Positions 1-6,478 of a stretch of 8,680 nucleotides of DNA are shown here, in pieces. The position numbers and the translations under genes are program-made. The notes beneath the pieces are model-generated. The model saw only the letters and a program-made list of their open reading frames with translations, was not told the DNA's origin and ran no database searches. Numbering within the stretch: position 1 is the first letter of the stretch; each line of letters starts with the position of its first letter. Source of the DNA: Allobaculum fili (GTDB lineage: Bacteria > Bacillota_I > Bacilli_A > Erysipelotrichales > Erysipelotrichaceae); assembly GCF_020969955.1 (NCBI RefSeq), contig NZ_JAHDSX010000064.1, positions 1 through 8,680 on the forward strand. The letters are read 5' to 3'.

Positions 1-2
1 TC

Positions 3-40
3 AGGATGATTTTTTCAACAGGTAGAAAATCATCCTTTTC
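3..40 (+). terminator. AT-rich perfect inverted repeat with a 3' T-run. It may be the intrinsic terminator of a + strand gene ending at or left of the window edge.
   Basis: AGGATGATTTT (3-13) pairs perfectly with AAAATCATCCT (26-36). The loop is 12 nt and is followed by TTTC (37-40). All three + frames hit a stop within the first ~65 nt (TGA 7-9, TAG 23-25). The stem is AT-rich, and a minus-strand ORF also runs through it (see rejected list), so the call is ambiguous. Confidence 0.35.
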
Positions 41-125
41 GTCATGCCTGAGACGCAAAATATAAGAAATGACAACGCTCATGAACAGGGTATACGATTT
101 TTATCCCTCCTTAACTTAATGACAT

Positions 126-134
126 TGTTATAAA
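126..134 (+). promoter_or_regulatory. Candidate extended -10 promoter element (TGtTATAAA) upstream of the SH3b/DUF4015 gene.
   Basis: The sequence is tTGtTATAAAag, with TG at 126-127 and TATAAA at 129-134. No good -35 is present. It would give a ~130-nt leader before the ATG at 270. This is sequence resemblance only. Confidence 0.3.
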
Positions 135-269
135 AGAGATAAAAAACCAAAAATCTGCTAAATTTGATCAGGGTTCCCCACTCCATGCCTTCTTTTTCGG
201 TTCATTTTGGCTGTCTTCACCCTTTTTTGGCCATATTTACGTTTATTTTGGGATTGTGGTAAATTGAGA

Positions 270-2045
270 ATGATGAACAGGAATTCTTTATTACGACGCG
301 CATGCCTGACATTTCTTATGGGCTCGCTCGCCATTGCTTCGATCGTCGTCTCGCTGACCTTCTTTCCCTTTCTGCATGAGCGGATGTATCCAGTCCGCTA
401 CATACAGAGCGAAACCCCGATTCTGAAAATTGATTCGCCCTACATTGAAAACGGTGAAATCGAGACGAGACAGTTTTCGCTCACGCGCGGACAGGAAGTG
501 CGTCTGGTTGCCGGCGGGGCACACCTTTCGAGCATCGAAGCCGACGGAGAGATTCTCGAAATCGATAATTCCCATCTCTCACGCGATCAGCTCCAGGCTA
601 TGACACCTTCGCGCGCAAGCGTCAATCGCAAAGTCTGGCTGCGCAAGACCAAGGACGGCCCGCTCGAAGAAGCGTATATCCAGCCGGGCACGCCCTTTAA
701 AGTGATCGACGCTGATCTCGACGATTACGATGCGAGTGCCGGGCTGCTGCGCTGGTATCAGATCGAAACGCTACCGAATTCAACAGAGGATGACGCTTCT
801 TTCCAGCCGCTGACTGGATATATTCCCGGTTCTGTCGTGCTGTGGCTGGCCTATTCCAATGCGTCGACAGCACCCGCCAAAGAATTCCAGAAAGACATAC
901 CCGAAGCTGCTTCTCTGGGCAAGGAAGCCTACCCCCAGCCGGACTGGAAAGAAAACTCGCTTCCCGATCCGGAACGCGCTCTGAACGTTTCCCTTCCTGT
1001 TCTGTTCGACTATTCTTCCCAGATTGAAGACTATATGACACGAAACGACTTCAACACGCTGATCGTTACGCTCAAGGATGAAAACGGAAAGCTGTCCTAT
1101 CTTTCCGATACCGCTTCTGCCTTTTTGGGTGATGACATCGATGCCGCCCAGCCCTGGGCCATCGATATGGACAGTTTCCGCGCTTTAGTCGACCGCCTGA
1201 AAGCCAAAGGCATTTTTATGGCCGCCCGCCTGGAAACGTTCCTCGATCCCCTTCTCGCCCAGAGCCGGCCGGATCTTGCCCTGTGTGAGGAAAACGGTAC
1301 GCCGGCTCTGCTGGAAGGATCGTACTGGACCAGTCCGTATGAGCACAGGGTGTGGCAGTACAATCTCGATCTGGCGCTGGAAGCCTGCTCGATCGGCTTT
1401 CAGGAAATCCAGTTTGATTCGCTGCGCTTTCCCGCAGGCAGTGCCGGTCTGACCGATCCGAATTTGCCCGGGCGCACCGAACAAATTGACGGCTTTCTGT
1501 ATGAAGCGCGCAATCTGCTGGAAGAAAAGCACGTCTATACTGGGGCGACGCTGGAACCGGATGCCGTTTACGACGAAATCAATTTGGAAAGCGGACAGTC
1601 CTTTCAGGGTATGCGGCAGGCGGCTAACCGTCTGTACGTGCTTCCCTATTTACAAAATCTGCAGCTGTTAAGCGCCAACTACGGCATCGAAGTGTTCGGC
1701 AGCGCGCACGATGTGCTGCAGGCATTCACGAGTCAGCTCGCCAAATATCCGCCGCAGGAATACGACAGCAGTCTTTGCGTATCCCTGCAGGGCTTTGGCT
1801 TGATGTCTCCCCAGACGCTCCAGGCCCAGATTCAGGGCGTTCTCGATGGCGGTCAGACTTCGTATGCGATCAATACGATCGACGGTCACCCCGACCGGCT
1901 GTATCCGTTAGAACCTGCGTTTCAGGCGCTGTCCATTCCGGCTGCTCCGTATACGGATGAAGTGTACGAAGAGCCGGTCGCCCGCCTGCATTGCCTGCCT
2001 TGTTCTTTCAGAAGAGCAGGCCTTCTTGCGACGCAAGCTGCGTGA
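270..2045 (+). CDS. Membrane-anchored protein with SH3b-like domain(s) and a DUF4015 (PF13200)-like putative glycoside hydrolase domain.
   Basis: The track ORF 207..2045 starts on TTG. The first ATGs at 270/273 give MMNRNSLLRR followed by the hydrophobic anchor LTFLMGSLAIASIVVSLTFFPFL. Nt ~615-842 read like a bacterial SH3 (KVWLRKTKDGP..IQPGTPFKVID..WYQIE..LTGYIPGSVV), and a weaker SH3-like stretch precedes it. The C-terminal half matches my recollection of DUF4015 proteins: TLIVTLKDENGKLSY, KAKGIFMAARLETFLDPLLAQSRPDLAL, SPYEHRVWQYNLDLALEACSIGFQEIQFDSLRFP (nt 1398-1433 encode FQEIQFDSLRFP). There is no convincing SD before 270, so the start is uncertain. Confidence 0.85.
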   Translation: MMNRNSLLRRACLTFLMGSLAIASIVVSLTFFPFLHERMYPVRYIQSETPILKIDSPYIENGEIETRQFSLTRGQEVRLVAGGAHLSSIEADGEILEIDNSHLSRDQLQAMTPSRASVNRKVWLRKTKDGPLEEAYIQPGTPFKVIDADLDDYDASAGLLRWYQIETLPNSTEDDASFQPLTGYIPGSVVLWLAYSNASTAPAKEFQKDIPEAASLGKEAYPQPDWKENSLPDPERALNVSLPVLFDYSSQIEDYMTRNDFNTLIVTLKDENGKLSYLSDTASAFLGDDIDAAQPWAIDMDSFRALVDRLKAKGIFMAARLETFLDPLLAQSRPDLALCEENGTPALLEGSYWTSPYEHRVWQYNLDLALEACSIGFQEIQFDSLRFPAGSAGLTDPNLPGRTEQIDGFLYEARNLLEEKHVYTGATLEPDAVYDEINLESGQSFQGMRQAANRLYVLPYLQNLQLLSANYGIEVFGSAHDVLQAFTSQLAKYPPQEYDSSLCVSLQGFGLMSPQTLQAQIQGVLDGGQTSYAINTIDGHPDRLYPLEPAFQALSIPAAPYTDEVYEEPVARLHCLPCSFRRAGLLATQAA

Positions 2046-2118
2046 GGAAAATGCCTTTCTCCCGATTCCTGGCACGGATATCCATTTTTTCCAGAACGAT
2101 TCAAAACGATACACAAAC

Positions 2119-2165
2119 GCCCGGCGGTTCCATAGGTTTTCCCATGAACAGCCGGGCTTTGGTCT
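2119..2165 (+). terminator. Intrinsic terminator downstream of the SH3b/DUF4015 gene, possibly bidirectional.
   Basis: GCCCGGCgGTTC (2119-2130) pairs with GAACaGCCGGGC (2146-2157). That is 11 bp plus one mismatch, with a 15-nt loop. It is followed by TTTGGTCTTCG..TGTTTTCGTTTTG. On the minus strand the same hairpin is followed by GTTTGTGTATCGTTTTG, so it could also stop read-through from the convergent thioesterase gene. Confidence 0.45.
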
Positions 2166-2237
2166 TCGTATGTTTTCGTTTTGTATTCGCTTCTGGATCT
2201 GCAGTTTCTTCCAGAGTCTATATTTGCTTTCTATATA

Positions 2238-2273
2238 ATATTTGATGCCCGCTTTATATTAGATGCCCGCTTT
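2238..2273. repeat. Tandem direct repeat, 2 x 18 bp (ATATTtGATGCCCGCTTT / ATATTaGATGCCCGCTTT).
   Basis: Unit 1 is 2238-2255 and unit 2 is 2256-2273, identical at 17 of 18 positions (t2243 vs a2261). The repeat lies in the convergent intergenic region, immediately after a TATAAT hexamer (2234-2239). Confidence 0.9.
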
Positions 2274-2274
2274 T

Positions 2275-2318
2275 TGAAACCAGAAAAGCCGAAGGGCGAA
2301 ACGCCGCCGTTCCGTCGG
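2275..2318 (-). terminator. Weak GC-rich hairpin plus T-run 20 nt after the thioesterase stop.
   Basis: The minus strand reads CCGACGGAACGGCGGCG-TTT-CGCCCTTCGG then CTTTTCTGGTTTC. Only the inner GGCG/CGCC and outer CCGA/TCGG segments pair cleanly, leaving a large asymmetric internal loop. It is therefore a weak candidate. Confidence 0.3.
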
Positions 2319-2338
2319 GAGGCTGGCAGGCCGGCACC

Positions 2339-2701
2339 TTACTTCAGACGGCTCATGAATTTTTCCGCGTTCACGTCCACCCGTTCATGATGACCTTTAC
2401 CCAGACATTTGTCGCCCTGCCAGGCGCTGACTTCAAATCTGGAAATGCGGCCCTTCTTTTCGAGAAGATGACTGACGATGCGAATGCGGGCATGCAGAGG
2501 ACTAGGTGCGTCGTGCGTCGTATCCATATGGATGCCGACGGTGGTCCATCCCTCTTCCACATCGTTCAGCAAGCAGCTGGCTTCTTCCATCCAGGCGATC
2601 ATCTGCGGCGTAGCCAGAACTTCAAGCGCGCCGCTTTTCATGGCGCACGCCAGCCCCTTCTCATCTACCGTTCGATAAATTACGGAATACATTTCTGCCA
2701 T
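2339..2701 (-). CDS. Hotdog-fold thioesterase family protein (COG5496 / FlK-like group).
   Basis: This is a 120-aa ORF. GGAG (2713->2710) lies 8 nt upstream of ATG 2701, and the stop is TAA. The motifs are SGALEVLATPQMIAWMEEAS, then TTVGIHMDTTHDAPSP, then a C-terminal GKGHHERV. This pattern is typical of the small standalone thioesterases of this group as I recall them. Confidence 0.9.
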   Translation of the reverse strand: MAEMYSVIYRTVDEKGLACAMKSGALEVLATPQMIAWMEEASCLLNDVEEGWTTVGIHMDTTHDAPSPLHARIRIVSHLLEKKGRISRFEVSAWQGDKCLGKGHHERVDVNAEKFMSRLK

Positions 2702-2939
2702 TGTCTTTTCTCCTTTTTACGTTCAGGCTTCACCCGTTTTCGCGATCTCTTTTGCCCGCCATATGACCTCATTGCGGAGGAAAAGCTCTCTTTTTCTCGA
2801 GACATTCCGATCGACAAATTCTAGGTGCAGCTTCTCTTTTTTCGCCGTCTTAAAACGGACCCGTTCTTTGTACAGTTTAACAAAACAGTCCTTTTCGACG
2901 CATTGGAATGATGTTTTGGATCGTGTTACGCTTAATGGT

Positions 2940-4472
2940 ATGAATCCAAGACAAAATTCTTCAACACGACGCGCTTCTCCGGCGCCTTCACGCCGTCGAG
3001 AAGACCTTTACTATTTAAAAAAAGCGAAGCAGCGCATACAGAGCATGCTCATACTGAGCTATGGCATTCTCTGCATCTGCTCGCTGGCCCTGTATTCCAT
3101 TTTAAACCAGCCGCTCTTTTCCAAACCGCCCTATTTCAACTCGCTGTACATGATGACGCTGTTTGTGGAGCTGGCCATGTGGCTGGGCATCTTCTTTCTA
3201 GCCGCGTTTGGCAAAAAAGCGTCCCGCTCGCTGTTTAATCTGGGCATTGCCGCCGAGTTTCTGTTTGCGGGCTGGCTCGTCTATGACCTTTTCCGGCACA
3301 CCAGCTTCTTTGTGTTTTATCTCGTCTGGTGCGCGCTCGTTCTGATCAAAGGCTTTTTACTGATGTGGTTTAAAAACTGGCTCTTTGATTCCTGGTTTGG
3401 CCGCATTTATTACGACCACGTTCTCTTCCTTCCGCAGGAAGAGCAGCGAAGAGATCAGGCCCGTGCCCGAAACGCCCGCCGTGCTCGGGAGCAGCAGGCC
3501 AGAGCCGCTTCCGCACAAGCGCACCGGCAGCCATCGCCGACCCGACCGGGAGCACAGACCGCTGTGCAGCCGGAGACACGAAGAAGCGCTCCGGCACGGT
3601 CCGCCGGCTTTCAAACGAATGGTGCAGCGGATTACGGATCGAACTCTGCGCAGCCCCAGCCTTCTCGCACCCCGCTTCGAAACCGGCCCGACCCGGACTT
3701 CTCAAGCGCATCCCCGCGAAGTTCGCAAGCGGACTGGGAAGCACAGGAAAGAAAAACCAGTCGCCAGACCGCGCGCTCCGCACAGTCTTCCCCCGATTTG
3801 CAGGGAAATCCAGAGCGTGAAGAACAGCTTCGGCTTGAACGGCAGGCCAGAGCCCGCAAGGCACTGTCTTCGAAATATCCAAGAGCCGCCATTCGCATGG
3901 CGATCGGGGTATATGGCGAGCTGATCGTCTTTCCGATTCTGGTGCATCTCTTCCAGAACCGATTCGTTTCCATCGACAACGGATCCGTCTTCGCGACTGG
4001 TCTGATGTTTACCTTATGCATTCTGACCGCCGCCTTATGGACGCTGCCGATTTTCTTCTACTATTTAAAATACCCGGGCTCGAAAAAGAGTCTGTACGCG
4101 GCTCTGGGCGGTCAGCTTCTGATTCTCACCTATGGCCTGTTCATTTTGTATCGCTACTGGAAAAGCGATACGACCGTCTACCCCGACAGCGCCTTCATTC
4201 TGTTTCTGATTTTTGAACTCGTCCGCTACGCGGTTTTGATCATCATGGTGTTTCCGGCATTCCGGCTTCCCAATATTTACGATCCTTATCGCAGCCGGCC
4301 GGCTTCAGATGAGGAAGAAAACTATGACGTCAGTGAAGAGGGCGTCCAGTTTGAAATTTATGAAGACGATGATCCCCTTGATGAGGAAAATGAGGAAGAG
4401 GACAACGAAGATGCAGACGGCCCCGAATCCGATTTTGCGGGACGCCGCTCTGGCCGTTTTCGAAGACGGTAG
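2940..4472 (+). CDS. Hypothetical polytopic membrane protein: 4 TM, a basic disordered linker, 4 TM and an acidic tail. No family recognised.
   Basis: The frame is open from 2763 to 4472. I place the start at ATG 2940 (MNPRQNSSTRRASPAPSRRRED..., basic before TM1). ATG 2763 and ATG 3045 are alternatives, and none has a good SD. Four hydrophobic spans lie in nt ~3045-3420. A Q/R/S/P/A-rich linker covers ~3435-3890. Four more hydrophobic spans lie in ~3890-4290. A D/E-rich tail covers 4305-4440 and ends GRRSGRFRRR. A terminator follows. Confidence 0.8.
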   Translation: MNPRQNSSTRRASPAPSRRREDLYYLKKAKQRIQSMLILSYGILCICSLALYSILNQPLFSKPPYFNSLYMMTLFVELAMWLGIFFLAAFGKKASRSLFNLGIAAEFLFAGWLVYDLFRHTSFFVFYLVWCALVLIKGFLLMWFKNWLFDSWFGRIYYDHVLFLPQEEQRRDQARARNARRAREQQARAASAQAHRQPSPTRPGAQTAVQPETRRSAPARSAGFQTNGAADYGSNSAQPQPSRTPLRNRPDPDFSSASPRSSQADWEAQERKTSRQTARSAQSSPDLQGNPEREEQLRLERQARARKALSSKYPRAAIRMAIGVYGELIVFPILVHLFQNRFVSIDNGSVFATGLMFTLCILTAALWTLPIFFYYLKYPGSKKSLYAALGGQLLILTYGLFILYRYWKSDTTVYPDSAFILFLIFELVRYAVLIIMVFPAFRLPNIYDPYRSRPASDEEENYDVSEEGVQFEIYEDDDPLDEENEEEDNEDADGPESDFAGRRSGRFRRR

Positions 4473-4517
4473 CCGTTCCCCTTTCCAATCGTTTACAGAC
4501 CTTTTTAAACCCATAGA

Positions 4518-4571
4518 GGCGCTGGCAGCGCATCGATCGAAACCCGATCAAAGCGTACCAGCGCCTTTTCT
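4518..4571 (+). terminator. Intrinsic terminator of the orphan membrane-protein gene.
   Basis: GGCGCTGG (4518-4525) pairs with CCAGCGCC (4558-4565). Inner pairs extend the stem (CGC 4529-31 with GCG 4553-55; GATCG 4535-39 with CGATC 4545-49). It is followed by TTTTCTG and lies 46 nt after the stop. Confidence 0.55.
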
Positions 4572-4594
4572 GCATCCCTGCCTGCTTTTTCCAG

Positions 4595-4654
4595 GCGCAA
4601 AAGCAAAGGCCTCTCTGTCCTTCTGGATCTGGAAAAGATCTTCAGGCAGAGAGG
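4595..4654 (-). terminator. Intrinsic terminator of gpmI.
   Basis: CCTCTCTG (4610-4617) pairs with CAGAGAGG (4647-4654), and inner GATCT/AGATC pairs surround a GGAAA loop. On the minus strand the hairpin is followed by CCTTTGCTTTTGCGC. It lies 46 nt after the gpmI stop. Confidence 0.45.
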
Positions 4655-4699
4655 TCTTGAATGCATCAAACAGGTTCGACCGAGCCGCAGCTCTTTCGA

Positions 4700-6292
4700 T
4701 TATTCTGCGGATTCGATGATGGAAGATCTCCAGTGTTCGTTGGGTTTTACGCCAAGAATTTCGCAGACGGTTGCTGCGATGTTGGAAAGACCCATGTCAT
4801 CGTCCTGCTTGAGCTTGCAGTCGTAGTTGTAGACGATGAACGGAACCTTGTTGAGGGTATGGGAAGTTTTCGCCTTGAGCGGAGCGCCGGCTTTCTTTGG
4901 CTTCTCATACATTTCATCGGCATTGCCATGGTCGGCGGTAACGAGCAGAACGCCGTTTACGGCTTTAACAGCTTCGATGACGCGGCCAAGGGCGAGGTCA
5001 ACGGATTCGACACCGATAATTGTGGCTTCCAGGCTGCCGGTATGGCCAACCATGTCGCCGTTTGGATAGTTCGTCCGCAGGAAGTCGTACTTGCCCGAAC
5101 GGATGGCTTCGCAGAGCTTGTCGGTAATCTGAGCGGATTTCATCCACGGACGCTGCTCGAACGGGATTACATCGGATTCGATTTCTACGTATTCTTCTAG
5201 TTCTTCGGAGAACTTAGCGGCACGGTTTCCGTTCCAGAAGTACGTTACGTGACCGTATTTCTGGGTTTCGGAAATGGCGTATTCGCTGATGCCGGCATTA
5301 ACGAGCTGTTCGGTCAGCGTGTAATGGATTTTTGGCGGTTCCGTGAGGTATTTCTTCGGAATCTGCGCATCGGCATCGTACTGCAGCATGCCCGCAAATT
5401 TTACGTTAGGAACTTTTACGCGATCGAACTTGTCGAACGATTCATCGGCATCGAAAGCGATGGAAATTTCCTGAGCGCGGTCGCCGCGGAAGTTGAAGAG
5501 GATAACGGAATCGTTGTCATTGATCGTTCCTTTCGGATCGCCGTTTTCATCGACAACGACAAAGCCTGGCAGGTCCTGGTCAACGACGCCGGTTTCTGCA
5601 CGGTACGTTTCAATGGCTTCGGTTGCGGATTTGAAATTGCGTCCAAGGCCGCGCACGTGAATCTTCCAGCCTTCTTCAACCATTGGCCAGTTGGCTTCGT
5701 AACGGTCCATCGTGATTTTCATGCGTCCGCCGCCGGAAGCGATCTGAGCGTCGAAGTCGGCATCGTTGAGATCGTTCATGAAGCTTTCGATTTCATCGAC
5801 GTATTTCAGTGCGCTCGTTTCCGGAACGTCACGTCCGTCGAGCAGGATGTGCAGACGTACGCGTTTCACGCCTTCTTTTTTCGCCTGAGCGATCAGAGCC
5901 TTCAGATGATTGATATGGGAATGAACGTTGCCGTCCGAAAGAAGGCCAAGGAAATGCATGGTGGAATCGTGTTCCTTTACGTTGTTTACGAGTTCTTTCC
6001 ATGCAGCGGATTCGAACATTTCGCCGGATTCGATGTTCTCGTTAACGAGTTTGGCACCCTGCGAGTAAATCTGTCCGCTTCCGATGGCGTTGTGACCAAC
6101 TTCCGAGTTGCCCATGTCGCCGTCTGTAGGCAGACCTACAGCCAGACCGTGCGCACGCAGTTCTGTGTGCGGGCAGGTTTCCCAGAGTTTGTCGAGATGC
6201 GGTTTGTATGCCATTTTTACGGCATTTCCAAGAACGTTGTCAGACAGACCTACGCCGTCCATGACAACAAGAACTACAGGTTTTTTAACCAT
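4700..6292 (-). CDS. gpmI: 2,3-bisphosphoglycerate-independent phosphoglycerate mutase (iPGM).
   Basis: GGAGGA (6307->6302) lies 9 nt upstream of ATG 6292, so the 28-codon extension to 6376 in the track is not credited. Hallmark motifs are present: VVMDGVG, DMGNSEVGH (phosphoserine site), LLSDGNVHSH, LLDGRD, YPNGDMVGHTG, TADHGNA. The stop is TAA. Confidence 0.97.
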   Translation of the reverse strand: MVKKPVVLVVMDGVGLSDNVLGNAVKMAYKPHLDKLWETCPHTELRAHGLAVGLPTDGDMGNSEVGHNAIGSGQIYSQGAKLVNENIESGEMFESAAWKELVNNVKEHDSTMHFLGLLSDGNVHSHINHLKALIAQAKKEGVKRVRLHILLDGRDVPETSALKYVDEIESFMNDLNDADFDAQIASGGGRMKITMDRYEANWPMVEEGWKIHVRGLGRNFKSATEAIETYRAETGVVDQDLPGFVVVDENGDPKGTINDNDSVILFNFRGDRAQEISIAFDADESFDKFDRVKVPNVKFAGMLQYDADAQIPKKYLTEPPKIHYTLTEQLVNAGISEYAISETQKYGHVTYFWNGNRAAKFSEELEEYVEIESDVIPFEQRPWMKSAQITDKLCEAIRSGKYDFLRTNYPNGDMVGHTGSLEATIIGVESVDLALGRVIEAVKAVNGVLLVTADHGNADEMYEKPKKAGAPLKAKTSHTLNKVPFIVYNYDCKLKQDDDMGLSNIAATVCEILGVKPNEHWRSSIIESAE

Positions 6293-6322
6293 TTCAATAT
6301 TTCCTCCTGGTTTATCCTCTTT

Positions 6323-6328
6323 ATTATA
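6323..6328 (-). promoter_or_regulatory. Candidate -10 box (TATAAT) for gpmI.
   Basis: A perfect TATAAT on the minus strand (plus-strand attata, 6323-6328) lies ~30 nt upstream of the start and downstream of the strong terminator of the preceding operon. No credible -35 or TG extension is present. Confidence 0.35.
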
Positions 6329-6430
6329 GCGATATGCGCTTCGACCCGCCTTGAAAAACCAATTTTCTGCCCGCATTTTCAGGCATGGATAGTTTGCTTA
6401 AAAGCCTTCTTTTCACCGGGCATGCCTGCC

Positions 6431-6478
6431 GCTTTTAAAAACGGCGGCGCCTGTTTCATTCGAGAGAAACAGGCGCCG
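6431..6478 (-). terminator. Strong intrinsic terminator ending the GntR/ABC operon (bidirectional in form).
   Basis: A perfect 12-bp stem joins GGCGCCTGTTTC (6446-6457) and GAAACAGGCGCC (6466-6477), with an 8-nt loop. The minus strand then reads GCCGTTTTTAAAAGC, and the plus-strand side reads GTTTTG. The permease stop codon (TGA, 6458->6456) sits at the stem/loop junction. Confidence 0.85.

Noticed and set aside
1-112. Possible minus-strand gene start at ATG 82 (MSVVISYILRLRHDEKDDFLPVEKIIL, open to the left edge) with a strong AAGGAGGG at 112->105.
   Set aside because: The SD-like sequence is 22 nt from the ATG, too far for normal initiation, and an in-frame TAA lies between them. The ORF would contain the 11-bp inverted repeat that otherwise looks like a terminator. 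With only 27 codons visible this cannot be resolved, so it is not reported as a feature.
207-269. TTG-initiated 21-codon extension of the SH3b/DUF4015 ORF.
   Set aside because: The extension (AVFTLFWPYLRLFWDCGKLR) adds nothing recognisable. The ATG pair at 270/273 directly precedes a typical basic + hydrophobic signal-anchor. The start remains uncertain, because neither has a strong SD.
2245-2277. Two mini-ORFs created by the tandem repeat (ATG CCC GCT TTA TAT TAG = MPALY; ATG CCC GCT TTT TGA = MPAF), reminiscent of leader peptides.
   Set aside because: No SD precedes either ATG. There is no downstream gene in that orientation to regulate, because the next gene is convergent. The ATGs are simply part of the repeated unit.
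1957-2390. ORFs of 69-93 aa in the convergent intergenic region (1957-2238, 1991-2245, 2181-2390, all +).
   Set aside because: They overlap the end of the upstream gene, both terminator-like hairpins and the tandem repeat (giving FDARFILDARF). They lack SDs and have hydrophobic or low-complexity junk-like sequences.
2387-2824. 145-aa + strand ORF antisense to the thioesterase gene.
   Set aside because: It fully overlaps a well-supported gene with family motifs. It has no SD and no recognisable motifs.
2763-2939. Upstream ATG 2763 as the start of the orphan membrane protein (59 extra S/R/F-rich residues).
   Set aside because: This is not excluded. I preferred ATG 2940 because the composition upstream looks non-coding (AT-richer, T-runs). 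A start at 2763 would also leave only 61 nt for two divergent promoters. No start has a good SD, so this is a judgement call.
2908-2943. 11-codon upstream ORF (MMFWIVLRLMV) whose TGA overlaps ATG 2940 in an ATGA arrangement, suggesting translational coupling.
   Set aside because: It has no usable SD: GGA lies directly against the ATG. It is very short, and ATGA overlaps arise easily by chance. It is worth remembering only if 2940 is confirmed as the start.
3357-4021. Alternative-frame and antisense ORFs inside the linker of the membrane-protein gene (3385-3924 +, 3370-3882 -, 3632-4021 -, 3357-3614 -, 3702-3947 -).
   Set aside because: All are confined to the GC-rich, stop-poor segment, lack SD sequences and encode R/P/S-rich low-complexity strings. 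Only the main frame connects the two TM bundles. They are treated as a compositional by-product; the composition itself is reported as a finding.
6293-6376. N-terminal 28-codon extension of gpmI in the ORF track (MRAENWFFKAGRSAYRYNKEDKPGGNIE).
   Set aside because: The canonical iPGM N-terminus MVKKPVVLVVMDG starts at 6292 with a GGAGGA SD 9 nt upstream. The extension would cover the TATAAT box and the SD.
6381-6427. AGGCATG (6381-6387) / CATGCCT (6421-6427) inverted repeat and the 8-bp palindrome GGCATGCC (6419-6426) upstream of the gpmI -10, as a possible regulator site.
   Set aside because: The arms are short and 33 nt apart. They do not resemble cre or other glycolytic operator consensus sequences I know, and chance occurrence is plausible. 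There is not enough support for a feature call.
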